This document shows positions 47,991 to 61,923 of a stretch of DNA of 64,000 nucleotides, piece by piece. The notes beneath the pieces were generated by a model. The model had not been told where the DNA came from, searched no databases, and was given only the letters and a program-made list of their open reading frames with translations. Source of the stretch: Marsupella aquatica (Eukaryota; Plantae; Marchantiophyta); assembly GCA_973895155.1 (NCBI GenBank), contig OZ316892.1, forward strand, positions 11,534,238-11,598,237, given 5' to 3'. Each line of letters starts with the position of its first letter. Position 1 is the stretch's first letter. The position numbers and the translations under genes are program-made.

Positions 47991-48862
47991 GAAGCCAAAA
48001 GGGTTTTAACTATGTACATTTCTATTGGTTGGTTTTTTCAAGCTTGCAAACAATTAAAAAATACAATCATTTTGATATAAAACACTGATATATCTTTGAC
48101 AAACATCAAAATGGTAACTTTATTTTACTAAATGACATATCTCCCTTTGTATTTTGGTTTTTTTTACGTTCAATATTTACGGCATGGCGCCCCAAAAATT
48201 ACGTTGCTTTTGTCACAAACAGGAATGTGCACGTTTGTTATTGTTAAAAGTATGATCATTCTTGTTTGTGGCTGGTTGTGATGATGTGGCGCAACCTCGT
48301 GGCAGAGAATTTGCAAGAGACCTCTTATGGGGGTCCGTAATCATGACATCTTACCTTTCTTCTTAGTAATAATTTGGGATATAACTCTACTTTTATGGTC
48401 TAGGTCTAGAGTGAAGCCCTGTACACTATAACTATGCCTATGTCCCTTAACTTTTGGGGTACAAGAAAGGGGACAATTTCTTTGGTACTATTTTGTTCAA
48501 AAGAATGGGTAGTCTAGAGTGTGAATAGTAATGAAACTTTTCTGGTGAGGCTTTTTGGTACTATTTGTGTTCAAAAGAACGGGGTAGTCAGCCGACTATT
48601 TATAAACACAATAAAAACAATTGCAATATTTTCAATTGTAAACCTTTGGTGTTGGGCCTCGTTTGTCTACTCTGGGCTTTTCCCCCATTCTCTTTCCGTT
48701 TATTGGGGTGTTTTGCCTTTGTTCCCGGTTTGGCGTTTTTATTCTTTCTCCACTGCTCTACATCTTTGGTGAAAATGTAGGTAAAAAGCTTATGTTTTAA
48801 AGGGTCTAATAACCCGATCGTCACTACAGTAGTTGACGACTATGGCGGGAGGTGGGTCGCAA

Positions 48863-48894
48863 AAACCCTAGGCGAATTGCACAACACTTGGGCC
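48863..48894 (+). promoter_or_regulatory. Telo-box (AAACCCTA) plus site II (TGGGCC) in the putative MTB promoter
   Basis: AAACCCTA at 48863-48870 and TGGGCC at 48889-48894, where the AT-rich intergenic DNA changes to the GC-richer leader. Both motifs are short, so chance occurrence is possible. Confidence 0.4.
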
Positions 48895-49338
48895 TACGAG
48901 TTGGCTCTTCTTCCGAGGGACTGTGTCGAGAGTGGGATCGGGAGTAGCAAGGCGCGACGAAGGCTCGACCACGCCACAAATCCTACACGGTGCGTACTTG
49001 AGGAGCATGTCTTGGAGCTTTACATCGCTTGATCGCGTTGCTCGGTTCGTCTTTTCTTTCTGTGACGTTGGTCGCGTTCTTTGTGAAGCTTCCTAGGGGA
49101 ATTCTCGTGATTGCCCTCGTTTCAATTGTATATCGAGGAATTTCTCTGTCGGACTGATGACGATCTTGCCCCAACCATTTTCTCAGCTGTGGCGCATTTG
49201 GCGGACATGAGGTGACTGGTGTAACAAGAACAGAAGAATGAGTCGAAGTCTAGGAGAGCCCGACAGACAACTGAAATTGATGTGTCCAGTGAAAGACTAC
49301 CAGAGTCTTTCAATTTGGAATATGGTATAGGTGTGGGG

Positions 49339-52300
49339 ATGACCAGAAGTGCAAAAGGCGATGGATATAGAGAAATGGAGGATGCGGAGGATTGGTTCGA
49401 AGGACCAGAGGAGAAGATGGTTGAATCCAAACGACATTCCAGTGAAGATCATGGAGCAGGAACTAGCCATAGAACTTCAGAAACAGTAAATGAGAGTGTC
49501 AGCAGACGAGGGATTCGAGACAAGGAAAGGACTGGCAGTAGCGGAGAAATGAGTGAACTACCAAAAGAGATCGCTTCTGAGAGATCGCCCAGAGTCAAGA
49601 AAAAGAGTGGCCAGCGAAAAGCTGATGGCAGTTGGGATGATGTAGAAGAAGGCAGAGCGAGTGGGCGAGGGAAAAGAAGCAGGGAGGATGGTTGGCGCGA
49701 TAGTTCAAGAGGTAAGGACCGAGGAGGTGGGACTCATGAGGATTCTGATGATGGGTCAAATGGGCCATCCGGAAGGAGAGGAGAAGACAGCAGGGGCTAT
49801 GGGTCACAACTAAGAAGTGGAGCAGTTGAAGAATTTGAAGGTAGTGGAAGACCTCGTAGATTGAAGACAGCAAGAAGGGAAGACGATAGAATCGAGAGGA
49901 TTTCAGTTTCTGACAAAATAGAACCGGGAAAGGAGGAGTTAGACGATGCTTTCCGACTTAGTGGAAGGGGTAGAGCTGACAAATGGGAGGATTACGGTGT
50001 CGAGAAACTTCCAGTCGGAGGGGGAGAGAAATTTTCCGAAATGCAGGAGCCCTGGAGGTTTAGTGGAAGAAACGAAGGAGACAAGGGAGAAAAGCAGCGT
50101 GAAAATGCAGGGAGAGAAAGATTGGAGGGAAGTAAGGTTGTCCCCGACAATTTTGGAAAGACTGCGAGAAGGAGTCGTGGGAATGAACAAAACCAGGAGA
50201 AATCGAAGCCAGGAGCTGTTGGTGAGGGTAATCGACATGAGTCGGAGGATGGGGGAAAGGGTACAGGCAGACGGGGAGGTGGAAAGACTTCGAAAGAACC
50301 TTGGGTCTCGCATTCCAGGAAAGACACTCGCGGGGATTGGGCCGAGACCGATTGGGGTTGGGTTGAAGGCGAAGACTTTGAGCAAGATAGAGCGAGCAGT
50401 AGAACTGAACGAGAGAGAAACAGGCAGGGGTACAGTGAAAGCAGTAGGGGTCATGAAATGGATAATAAATACTCACGGGCCAGAGATCGACGGAGGGAAT
50501 GGGAAGAAAGTCTAGTTGGTCCAAATGAACGCATGCGCGACAGATACAGAGAAGAGGAGGATCAAACCAACGAATTCTCGCAGGATCTTGATAAGAAGAA
50601 TGAGAGAGCTGAAAGAGAGCGATTAGGTCGAGAGAGAGTAGATGGATATGTTGGTGATAGAGGGTTAATTAGCAAAGAGAGGGTTGAAGGTTCATCTGGT
50701 CACAATGGCATGGTGCCAGGAAACGAGAACTTTGTTGCAGCCGCTATCAGCTCTCCTCTACAACCGATTTTAGATCCTGGCCGAGGGATCTCACTTGGAG
50801 CACTTCCTTTGGCTAGACCGGGAGGTGAGCCTGGGGGACTACCAACAGAATTTATCTGTGGAGGTGGTGAAACTGATTGGGAGGGTCCCGTTCAAGACGA
50901 AAGAGTCCGCAGTGCAGATGGTGGCCATACCGACAATCGAGAACGACATATAGCAGAAGATGAACCCCCACCTGGTCTAGAGCAGGTTCCGGGGTCCAAC
51001 CCAGGTAAGGGAGGTGTGAATGATGTGGGTATGGTTTTCAATCTTCAAGGGGGAAGAGGAAGGTCAAAATGTTCCTCAAGCAATCGGAGCCGAGGAGCAA
51101 TGATAGTTAATGATGGCCGGCCAAACTTTGTGAACAATCTAGGTAGCGGGGCAATGATCAGGGGATTTCAGCCAGGGGGAAAGGGGGGCCGGGGAATGAG
51201 GGGTCCTGGAAAGATTGGAAGGGGTGGTTGCAGAGACGGACAGAGAGGCAATTTAGCTGTCATCCCCCAGATGGGGCCTGGAATGCCAGGACCAATTTTT
51301 GGTCAACTAGGACCACCAGGACCCATAGCTGGGCTTGGTCCAGGGATTATGGGTCCGGGGGCTTTTCCAATACCACCATTTGGAGGTCGTATTGGGTGGA
51401 ATGGAGGTGGAGAGGTGGGAATGCTAAATGGACCTTCAGGACCAGTGGCAGGCCCTCCTAGATTTGTTCCAGGAATGGGCCCTGGTCCACCTGGCCATGG
51501 TCCCAACATGTATTTCAACGCTCCTGGACCTGTGCGAGGAGGTCCTGGTGGGATTTCCTTGGGGACAATATGTGGCGGAAACTCATCATTTAACGGGAGA
51601 CCATTGCCTGGGGATAGGGGACCACACGGCGGAAGAAGTGTGGGTAGAGGAGGCGGACCAAATGGACTTGGTGGACGAGGTCCTTCAAGAGGGGAACAGA
51701 ACGACTACTCACAACATTTTGTCGACACCGGGTTGAGGCCTCAAAATTTCATCCGAGACGTTGAGCTCGCCGACAGATTTGAAGAGTACCCAAAGCTAAA
51801 AGAGTTAATTGCAAGAAAAGACAAGCTTATTTCAGACCGCGCTACCCCTCCCATGTACCTTCAATGTGACTTGCGCGAGTTAGAGCTTCATCCGGAGGTG
51901 TTTGGGACAAAGTTTGACGTTATTTTGGTGGACCCCCCTTGGGAAGAGTATGTGCGACGCGCACCTGGTGTAGGAGACTCGATGGACTGGTGGTCCCATG
52001 CGGACATTCAGAGCTTGCGCATAGAAGTACGTATTTTCATGGTTTTCGTTCAATGGATGTCACCTGTATCTGATATCAGGACAGCTCAAATTCGTCGCAC
52101 TGAATATTATTAGGTTGTCGAGGTGAAAACGAGCTGGGGTAATCAGAATTTTTCCTCAAAGTTGACAGGATGACGGGCTCCCTTGAATGTCATTCGAGGG
52201 TAGTCAGTTCTCTCCAGCATATATCAAGATTGCATGGCTCATAGCATCCGGGTCTAATGCATGATGTACAAGAACCATCCACGACAAGAGATCAAGCGTC

Positions 52301-54545
52301 TCTATTCTTTTGTGTGTTGGGTGGGTCCTCACTTTAGTTAGGCAGCCAGTACCCTGAAGTGTGCAATATCACATATGGCTTTGTGTAACATCCATACAAT
52401 CACTTGCTCTTGTATGTTTCCTGGGTTTTTTCCTGGCAAAGAAAAATTGAAAATCTGATGTTTCTCTTTTAGCTCTTAACACTCGTCCAGGTCAAGTTTC
52501 CACTTCAGAAAAATATACGTTGTCATTCTAAGTTTCCAGGTATCTCAGAATATTTATGCCATGAAAGCGAATTCTGTTTGAAGAACACGTGGCCTTTATT
52601 GCGTGCAGGCAATTTCTGATACCCCTGCCTTCATCTTTCTCTGGGTCGGTGATGCCGAAGGCCTCGATCAAGGTCGCCTTTGTCTTAAGAAGGTTTGTGC
52701 ACTCCCTCGTGTAGTCTCGTGACTGCATAGTCAACCACGTATTTGATGCTCAAAGTTCGTCGGTTTTACTTTGATGAAACGGGTTTCTTTCAATGAACGA
52801 TGATGATGATGATGAGTCTGGGTTTGGTCTGCGTTGTTCACTCTGGCAGTGGGGATTTCGAAGATGCGAAGATATATGTTGGGTGAAGACCAATCGAGAA
52901 AACCCAACTCCTGCTTTGCGACATGATGCCAATACTGTTCTCCAACACTCCAAGGTAGACAGTGCTTTTGAGTTTTCTTGGTTATAGATACTCTTCCTAT
53001 CTATGATTTAATGACCAGATTTTTTTCTTCCTGGCTTTGTTGAATGGGAAGTAAGTCATCCCCTGCTTTGTTATGTTAGTAATTTGGAATCAGGAAGTCT
53101 CTGGCCCTAAGATTCTAACAATGTAAGGAGCTGTCTGTTGGCCTGTCAGGAGCACTGTTTGATGGGTATCAAGGGGACTGTACGTCGCAGTACAGATGGC
53201 CACATCATTCATGCAAATGTTGACACGGATATCATAATATCTGAGGAGCCAGATTACGGTAGATCTCTATCTCAAGCCTTTCTAGCCTTGTTTGACTACT
53301 GAGTGGTTGGAAACGGGACCTAATGTCATGACATCCATTTCGAGTTGAGGTCTAGAGGTTGGCAGGCAGTTGGCTTACAAGGATGCCGGAATGAATGGAT
53401 TGTGCCATGGTCCTAAGGTTGGGAATGGGATGTGTACTTAGCTATTTTATCATTATGGTTGAACAGTGAAAGCCCTAAAGCCGCATGACTGTTGGAAATT
53501 TACTCATTAGTGGTTGATTTACACCTTGTTCGATCGATAACGGCTTAAACTTTTATGAAGTGATTTCTAGTTTTCCAGAAGGTACGGGGGACGAATGGTT
53601 AGTTCTTGCCTCTGCCTTTGGGTTTACAAATATCAACGCAGGAAAACTAGGGTAAGGTGTTGGGACTAAAGGGCCTAAACTGAGTTTGCATGACAGGCTC
53701 CACAGCAAAACCAGAGGAGTTATACCATATCATAGAGCACTTTGCCCAGGGACAACGACGGCTTGAACTTTTTGGAGAGGACCATAACATTCGGGCAGGG
53801 TGGGTGACTGTAGGAAAGGGTCTTTCCTCTTCCAACTTCAGTCCACAGGTGCGTTAACTTTTCCGACTCAGCTGTTTTGTGGCTTATGCGAGACGTTAGC
53901 TAGTATTTTGGATTCGTGTAACAGCACGTGGCAGGAGACTGGTCCTGACATACGGTAGCTATTGTAGCTCTTTCAGGAAAACAGAGTCGGGACCTTTCTA
54001 GTATATGAGAAATATATTCCTAGGTTCAGTGTACCTTCCTTGATCGTGTAAGCATATGTTTTGTGCAGGCATATGCGAAACACTTCTTTGATGGTGAGGG
54101 GAAGCTGTGGCAAGGAGGAAGAGGCAATCCCCCTTCTGATGCTCCTCATCTAGTGGGCACGACTTCTGAGATCGAGTCTCTTAGACCTAAATCCCCTCCA
54201 CCAAGAGCTCAGCAACAGCCGCAAGTTCATACGGCAAATCCAGTTCCACCTTCCGGAACAACTGCCAACTCCAAAAGGACTTTCACAACCCCACAAGGGG
54301 GATCACCTAGTTTACCACCTGTAGTAATGAATACAACACCTGTCCCTGCGGAGACAGCTCCTCTTGGAAGCGGAGGAAGAACTGGCAATCAAACTCAGAT
54401 TTCCAAAACTGCCGAAGCCGTTCCTTCCAGGGATACAAAGTCAACTGGAACACATGAAGGCACAGGGCCTGCAAATGTTACAAATGAGGAACAAAGCTTC
54501 GCAACAGAAATTGTGGAAGTTTTGAGTGAGGTAGAATCTGGTTAA
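49339..54545 (+). CDS. MTB: m6A methyltransferase complex subunit MTB (METTL14 orthologue, MT-A70 family), ~1204 aa; exons 49339-52026, 52609-52692, 52850-52954, 53150-53258, 53697-53848, 54069-54545
   Basis: [58 protein letters not shown]..|[28 protein letters not shown]|[15 protein letters not shown]..|[30 protein letters not shown]..|..[20 protein letters not shown]. There is a long R/E/D- and G/P-rich N-terminus, and phases are consistent (3615 nt). Confidence 0.95.
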
Positions 54546-57500
54546 AGTCTCATCTTCCACTTCATGAGTTCGAGCCTATAGCTTCCAGCTGTTTGTCTCC
54601 GTTGTAGGTGAGAGTTAGAATGCATGTGTGTGACCTATGGCCTCTGCTGGGGTCAAAGGAATGGTTGCATGAAATTGATCGAAAGGGACCTCTTCTTGGT
54701 TCTACTGTCCATGTTGTCTGAATGAATGACTGGTCTTAATCTTGGTGTTCGCTCGTGAATGGGCAATAAGAAAATGATTTGATAATAGGAACGTCGAGGA
54801 ACGGTGTGCCACGAGAAAAAAAAATATGGCCAGAAGTAACATGAGCTGCCAGTCAGTGATATGTACAATTGACACGGTTTAATTTCAGAGAGTTTCCTGT
54901 TTCAGAAACCCATCTACACAATCTTTCATTATAGTATCTGGCGAGAACTGGTAAATCCAAATGTGGGCATAGATCCAGTATGGTCTCTGTACCTCGAATA
55001 TTTGTTTTTGCTTGGTATTTGCTTCAAAGACTTGTCCTTCACTTTCCTGGATGTTTCAAAATTATGGCTCGAGGTAATAACCATTAGTCTTCCGCAGATT
55101 TTCTGTTTTTGTTGCTTCTTTGTCGCGTTCTCACAAGCTTTGAAGCAGATTTGTGCGAGGGAAGAATTCAAGACTTAGATAGCCGGTTTATGATTCAATC
55201 GTTGTATAATCTTGACTTGATTCTCCGTATTACTTGGAATTCTCTTCAGACCATTGAAGAAGTTTGCTGATGGGCAGTTTGCTCCTACCTTCTAGGATAG
55301 GCAAGAACGATCTGGGATCAGTCAAAATGATGGCGATTATAGGTTTGTTGCCTGGCTATCAGAGCAACTCGCTTGTGGCTTTGTTTTTCAGCATCTCTGA
55401 CAGCAGAACTGTCGTCGTACTTGCTGAAGTAATATGCCAATTGGTAGGCCTTGTCATTGGGCATAGAGAGTAACATCTGAAAAACCCATTGCATAGCTTT
55501 TAGACGGCTAGTTGAGGGTGCACTGGCTGTTCATTTGTGGACTGTGCAGTCTTCTCTTTAAAGCACCAAAAATACCAAAAGAAAAATCCGGGAGGGCATG
55601 AATCAAGTGGCATTGGCTGGCTCCCTCCTCTTTGGGTGCTTGGGGTTGTTGTCCCCTCATTTCCCTGCCTTGACTTTAGTACTTTGGGCGTGACCACCTT
55701 GCCCAGCTTTTCTAGGCTGTTTGGCCCTTAACCACCAGTGTCCACTAGGTTCAGGAAGAATAGTGTACCTATTTTCTTTCTTGAGAACATTTTTGACCTA
55801 TTTTAAAAACCTGGATCCAAAAGATTTTGCTTTGGGGACAGTGGCTCCTTCAAACCACCACTGGAACACTTGCTCTATACAATAAGGGCAAGGTGCCCAA
55901 ATTTTCCCCCTTCCTCACGTTCCAGTAGGAGCTCTCGTCTAACATGTCATGCCTGCCTCCTCCATCATTTTGGGAAAATGATGCTAATTATGCTGAGTTC
56001 TGGTATTACCAAGAGTGGTGAGAGAAGTGAGCTCATCATACTCTCATTAAGAATTTGGTAGTCTATAATTGTTTCTGTCATTGACCTTATCGAAGTAGTT
56101 CAGGTTTTGAGGTTTGAGAGCCCCCAATTGTGCTGGTTTTTTGTTGTTTTGTTCACCCCAGGTGCCCGCAAGCAAGGAGGTGGGTGGCCCTAGTGTTGCA
56201 GGGAGGCTCAAGGTAACATCCCCAGTTGTGCTTCTGTTTGTGAAGACATGTACTATGTGCAAGTCAATGAAATTCTAAGCTTGACTCTTCTGGTGGGATT
56301 TTAAAATGAGTTGTATGTCATGGAAAACGTTGTCTCCTCCATGAAGATATGCATAGACTACTGTACAAATACACTGAAAAACCTTAGGTGGATCTAGTAA
56401 GAATTGTTGTGTCCACATTGGTCTGTTATGGAAAAGACAGTCCCCTCCATGAAGATGTTTATTGACTGTAGTACAAATACAATTAAAACCTAGAGGTCAA
56501 TAAGAACTTTTGTGTCCATATTTTTCTGGACTGTCATAAACCCTCATGTTCCTCCACTAGAGCTGAGCTTTGTCACTTTGACACAACAACAAAAAATTTG
56601 CAATTCAGAATTGCCCTTTTTTTATGAACAATACCAAGATGCTACAGACTCAATTGATATTAATTCAAGTTAGAGAGTATGTCTCTAGTTACACAATTAC
56701 TGGAAAGACAATAGATGATGACTCATAATAACTAGTCTGGCCCATGCTAGGTTTGAACACACTGATATTAGACCTAGAATGTTTCTTAAGGTTGGCAAAC
56801 TAAGAAGGAAAGAAAGATGGTAGGGTTTACTAATACTCACCAGAGTGGACAGATAGACAGCTACAAGTTTGGAGAATCAACATAGAAATACAACAAATGC
56901 AGACTGTACAACAATTGTCCCAACATGAATGTCAAGTTGATGGCATCTTTCAAGTTGGACTCTCCTCCCCATCCAACTTAGACTCTCCTCCCCTCCCTGT
57001 TGCTAGACACCTTTGCTCTTTTTAAACTGCATTGTGCATGTGCCCAACTTCCACTTTCCGGTCCACGGCTTGCATTTTGTGGTCCCTTTGTTGTGCTGTT
57101 TGTGCAAGTTTTTCTGGCCTATTTTGATACTCTTGCTTGACTGGTTGAGGTGACAGGTTTATTTGTGACATGTGTTGCCATGTTTGCAAACAAGTCAAAA
57201 GGAGTTCTCCAAGTACAAATTTCAAAATCAAATTTAAAAGAGGGTATAATTAGAAAGAACCCTTTGAGAGCTTTCTACTGGTATCAAGATTGTAAAATGA
57301 AATGGGCTATCGAATCACTGTCAAGGATGTGCCATTTTGGTTTGAATGTTTTGAAATGGGGTGTATTTAGTAAAAGTGTGGGGTTTACCATCTGAAGACC
57401 ATGTTGTGCAATCCTACCTACTCTTTCTCATGGTCTGTTTATGAAAATGTCATCCCTGGCCGTTCAATTATGGTGTCATTTTTTCCTAACTTTGAGATAG

Positions 57501-60500
57501 ACTAAATTTGCATCCTTTCCACTCCACACCCATCACTCTCCACACAACTTGCACAGTTCAGAGTCCAGTTGCCAGTCCAACTACTGCCCAGCCGCCTCAC
57601 TTCAACTCGACAACACTTATGCTCGACAATGATTGGGCTAGCTCCCCTATAAAAATGGTTGCAAAACTACAGGAGACTTGGATCTCAACTTATGGCTCAA
57701 CAAGAAAGCAAACTGTTAGGACTGACACCAAGTCAGAGGTCCCACCAAGCCTTTTTATTTTATTTTAGGGAGACCCTAATGAGCAGAAAGTGAGTAGGCT
57801 TTAAGGGGGTCTGTACCCAATTTTGGATGGCATTTTCTGACATTTTTTAGCCCAACCTGCATACCTAAAACTCTGTTCTGGACTATGGTCAAAAACCCAA
57901 TCTATGTGCCATGTGGTTTGGTTAACTGAGTGGGTTTTCATGCGGCAAAATTTGTCACATTCTGATTTCCGAGAAGGATTGGTGATTACCACAAAGAACA
58001 AATGAGGTTAACTGAAAACCAAAATTCCAAAAAATCCTCCTTTGTCAACAAAAACCAAATCATCAAAATCTACCTAAGGTGAGGTTCCATTTGTCGCATA
58101 TCTACCGGTCTTGCTATGATCCAGGAATTCTTATGATGTACAGATTATCATGAGAGGTGGACCCACCATTTTATTTCCTCGGTCTTCAGGTCGGGGAAAT
58201 CTCCTTTTTCCGTGGGCAAGGAGGTGGGTGCCAAAGATGTCAGAAGGGGTACCTTTGCAAACAGCCTGGTTCAAAGCACGCCAGAGCCCCTCTGGTTTGA
58301 ACCTGGATACCCCAAGTTGAAAAAGAGGTAAGAGGAGAGTGCGTGAGAGTGCGAGGGATGGTGATTGAAGGTAAAGCAGGCAGTCACTAGTAATTTAGGC
58401 TTCCCTGCAAAATACAAAAAGAAAAGGGGGAATTACAGATTTATCCTCACAGCTGCCAAATTACCAGGGTACCCCTAAAGTTTGCAAATTAAATGGGGAG
58501 GCTGGTTACGGCCCTTCCACTTGTGCTGTGTGGTGTGGAAAGCATGAGGAACCTTGTTTAGTTCTTATTAGGAGATAAACTTCTGGTTGGGGCTGTAGGC
58601 CGATGACTGTTCTCTGGTTTCATCCTTCTTGCTAGTGCTTTAATGATTTGTTTTCTGGCTGTCTTGGGGGCTTTGTCCCCTTTTTTGTTCTTTGGGTATT
58701 GGTGGTGCTTGCTTCCCCTCATTTGTGGATTTTTTGTCTAATACTCTATATGTGACACAAATTGTTGAAAGTGAAGCCCGGATGGACCACCACGGTAAAC
58801 ACAATGCTCCAGTGGAGCACATTTTGGTGGTCCATGGGAATTATGGGCTTATAATTTGATGATTATGACTCTTAAAATATTTTTGATTTGGCAAGGGCAA
58901 CTAGAGAAGGAGGAGACACAGAAAAAACAAAAGCCCTAATAAGTCATATTAATGCAAATGAACATTAATGTAATAGAACTACCCCTCTGCATTCCATGAT
59001 GAATAATTCAACCCAAAATGGCCAAAACATAACGGTCACTTTCATGGAAGTGTAGTGCACCTACACCTCTTGCACACCCTCAAAACTAAGAAAACATTTG
59101 AATTTATGAACATCAAACTATTGCAATAAAACTCAAACTTTGGGAAATGTGGTCTATGGGGGTTTCAAATACCAACCTTGTGGTCCATGGGAGCATCAAT
59201 TTCCAAATTGTTCATGGTTAGATTTGCCCTTCATGCTTTACATTTGCTTGTTCACACTCTCTACATCCTGGGTGCAGACTGAGCTCTGCCTTAGGGATTT
59301 GACGCCTGCTATAAAGTTGCTATGTACGCACTGACTCTGCATTATCATACAGTGTACAACACCATAGCACCATCCGAGTGTGCACAAATAAATAGCCATT
59401 AAAATGTTGGACCCCATCCACAAAAGTTTAGAGTGCTTGTAAAACATGAAAATAATTTTGTCCTTTAAGAGTATTCTAAGCATCTTGATGTAAACACTGC
59501 TCTTTTAGATGTATACATTCTTTCTAAAACAAAAACTAAAATCATGAGAAACAACCTATTGGCATTGTGTGATTTCCTAGAATTCAAAATAATCAATATT
59601 TTGCGCAGGTCCTCCACTAACCAGGATGGCAGTAGGGCATAATCATGCTATGATCTGTTGCTAATGCTGTCGCAAGTCAACATAGAGCCGGGACCACGTG
59701 AGAAGCAAGGGACGCCTCACACCTTTGCCTAGCCCAGGCATTGTTGGGTTAAGACATTGAAACTCTAAATTTCAAAGTTTTTCAGGGTACTAAGGTCATT
59801 TTGGTAGCTTGAGGATAACTTTTGCACTTCTCCCAAAAGGAAATCACTACAGTGCGTTGGTTTAAATTGCTTTTCTATGGCACAGAAAAATTTTCATCTA
59901 CAGTAGATATGAAAGTACTTGGCCGACCCCACACAACTCCAACATACCCCCACATCCGGTGGGCAGAGGGACTTTGGTTTGACCATGCTTCAAATTAAAT
60001 ATTTGAATGTGAGACTTACAAGTGATTACAAGTCTAGGTCTCATTTACATAACAGATGTGATAATAAGACATAATGTTTGGATGTGAAGATTAATCCATA
60101 GTTTAAAGTACTTCTGACATGCTCTCGTTGTATGCCTTGTACAACAGAATCAATGAGACATGTGCTATGCGCATTCGTGTCACATAGCTCAGGCTGGTTA
60201 ATGTGTTATGAAGGCTCATGATAAGACAAAAAGGTGAAACTGTCACTACCATGGAGTGATTCTTTGAGAATGCCCAATTGGTCAAGTCTGTGAAAACCCA
60301 GTCACACCCGGTGTTCTGGCTTCGAATCACCCTCAGGCTGGCGCCCTCAGGCAATTGTAAACCAGAACAGCAGCTTGACAGGGTGTTAAACTGCTCACAT
60401 GCTCATGTGTGGCAACCATAAACATCGAAATTACTAGACGTGGTTACTCTATGCACCCAACTTCTCCAGATCTAATATATTGTTATTCTCCCAAATTTCC

Positions 60501-61202
60501 CAAAAGGAAAGCATTCGAGTACATTGTGGTTTGATTTTGGTTTCCTGTCTCTCTCCCTGTTCCTACCGTTTGTCGCTCTCCTTGTTCCTACTCCATGTCT
60601 CTCTCTCCCTTTTCACATTACAGTACAGTAGTTATTCCTTGGTTTTCGGCAAACAAAAAAGTATGATTAAAGTTTTGGGTCCTACTAGCAAAATATTTTG
60701 GTGGTCCTACAAACAATATTGTACAATTAATCAATATTCATGGTGTAAACACTGAACGGGAGAAATGTATTCTGGTCTGGATTTACTTCTATAATGAAAA
60801 ACCATTTTTACTATGTCACCCCCAAAATTGAACAAAATTACTAAGTTGCCCCCTAAACTAAGCTAATTACTATATATATCACCCCCTTGGACGGCCATGT
60901 ATAACTCAAATAGTTGGAATGTATGGCTAAGATTGATCCATGGGGGCAGTTTACTAACTAAATGAGTCAGACTGCCCATTCTTTGAACATAGACAGAGGT
61001 AAGGACATTCAAGCCCATGGCCCATTCACCAATTCACTCTCAACTTTTTCCAGTGACGTGCTCACACCCAAAGCCATTTTTAGAGACTTTCCCTGCCACC
61101 AATCCCCATTTACCACCAGCACCTGCATATATATTTATTGCTTTGAGGATAAACTATCAACTCCGGAGCATGCACCTCTGTAGGGTAGCCCACAAAGGGA
61201 GT

Positions 61203-61410
61203 CATACCCAGTACCAGGAGGGAGAGAGGGTTGGACCAGAGCCCCAAAGCAGATCAGCCAGGGACTGAAGAGAAACCAAGACTCCCACCACTACACCCCA
61301 CTCACGCACACACTCACCCTCCACAACCCTTGCATGTGGAGGGGGGATTGAACTTGGGACCTCTTGGTTCTAGGCTCATCCCCTGGCCACCTGCCCAGTT
61401 ATGCCCAAGA
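61203..61410 (-). mobile_element. tRNA-headed SINE-like element
   Basis: The minus strand begins GGGCATAACTGGGCAGGTGG...GAGGTCCCAAGTTCAATCCCC (degenerate A box, B-box-like GTTCAATCC). The body is shared with 33230-33392. Confidence 0.55.
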
Positions 61411-61618
61411 GATTAGAGGCCCTGAATAGTAGGTTCACATCACTATTATGAAATTAAACTGGAATGCCCAAGCTTTGCTCATAAATAGTTGGTGAGTCTG
61501 GTTGTGCGCCTTTCAAGTTTCACCCCATAGCTGTGCCCTAGAGTCATGGCCTATACACTTCAAGTAAAGCATAGGCGCTTGTTTAAGCTGTCTAGAGACT
61601 TCATTCCGGACTGTAGAT

Positions 61619-61923
61619 CTCGGGGGCCTCAATCCAAGGGGTGTCCCATATCACACGCAAAGTTTTGGGCGAATAAACACCCTAAAAGTAAAGTTAACAA
61701 AGTTTTTTTCAAGAATTTTTTTAGTCCTAACTTAATGGAATATTCCAAGAATATTCCCAAATGTGATTTAAAAAAACCCTATGATTCTTATAATTTTCAA
61801 AACTGGTTTAAAATAACCCTAATGTTCTTCAACAAAAATTTAAAAGTATTTCACTAAACCCAATAAAAAACCCTATACTTATTCGCACGTGATGGTTGGA
61901 AGAAAAGAAATGAGGACCCCGGG
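61619..61923 (-). mobile_element. hAT-like MITE, family A, copy 3
   Basis: TIR CTCGGGGGCCTCA ... TGAGGACCCCGGG (11/13 match). Perfect 8-bp TSD CTGTAGAT at 61611-61618 and 61924-61931. Confidence 0.8.

Noticed and set aside
49595-51736. Antisense and alternative-frame ORFs within MTB exon 1
   Set aside because: These are expected shadows of a purine-rich low-complexity coding exon and have no recognisable motifs.
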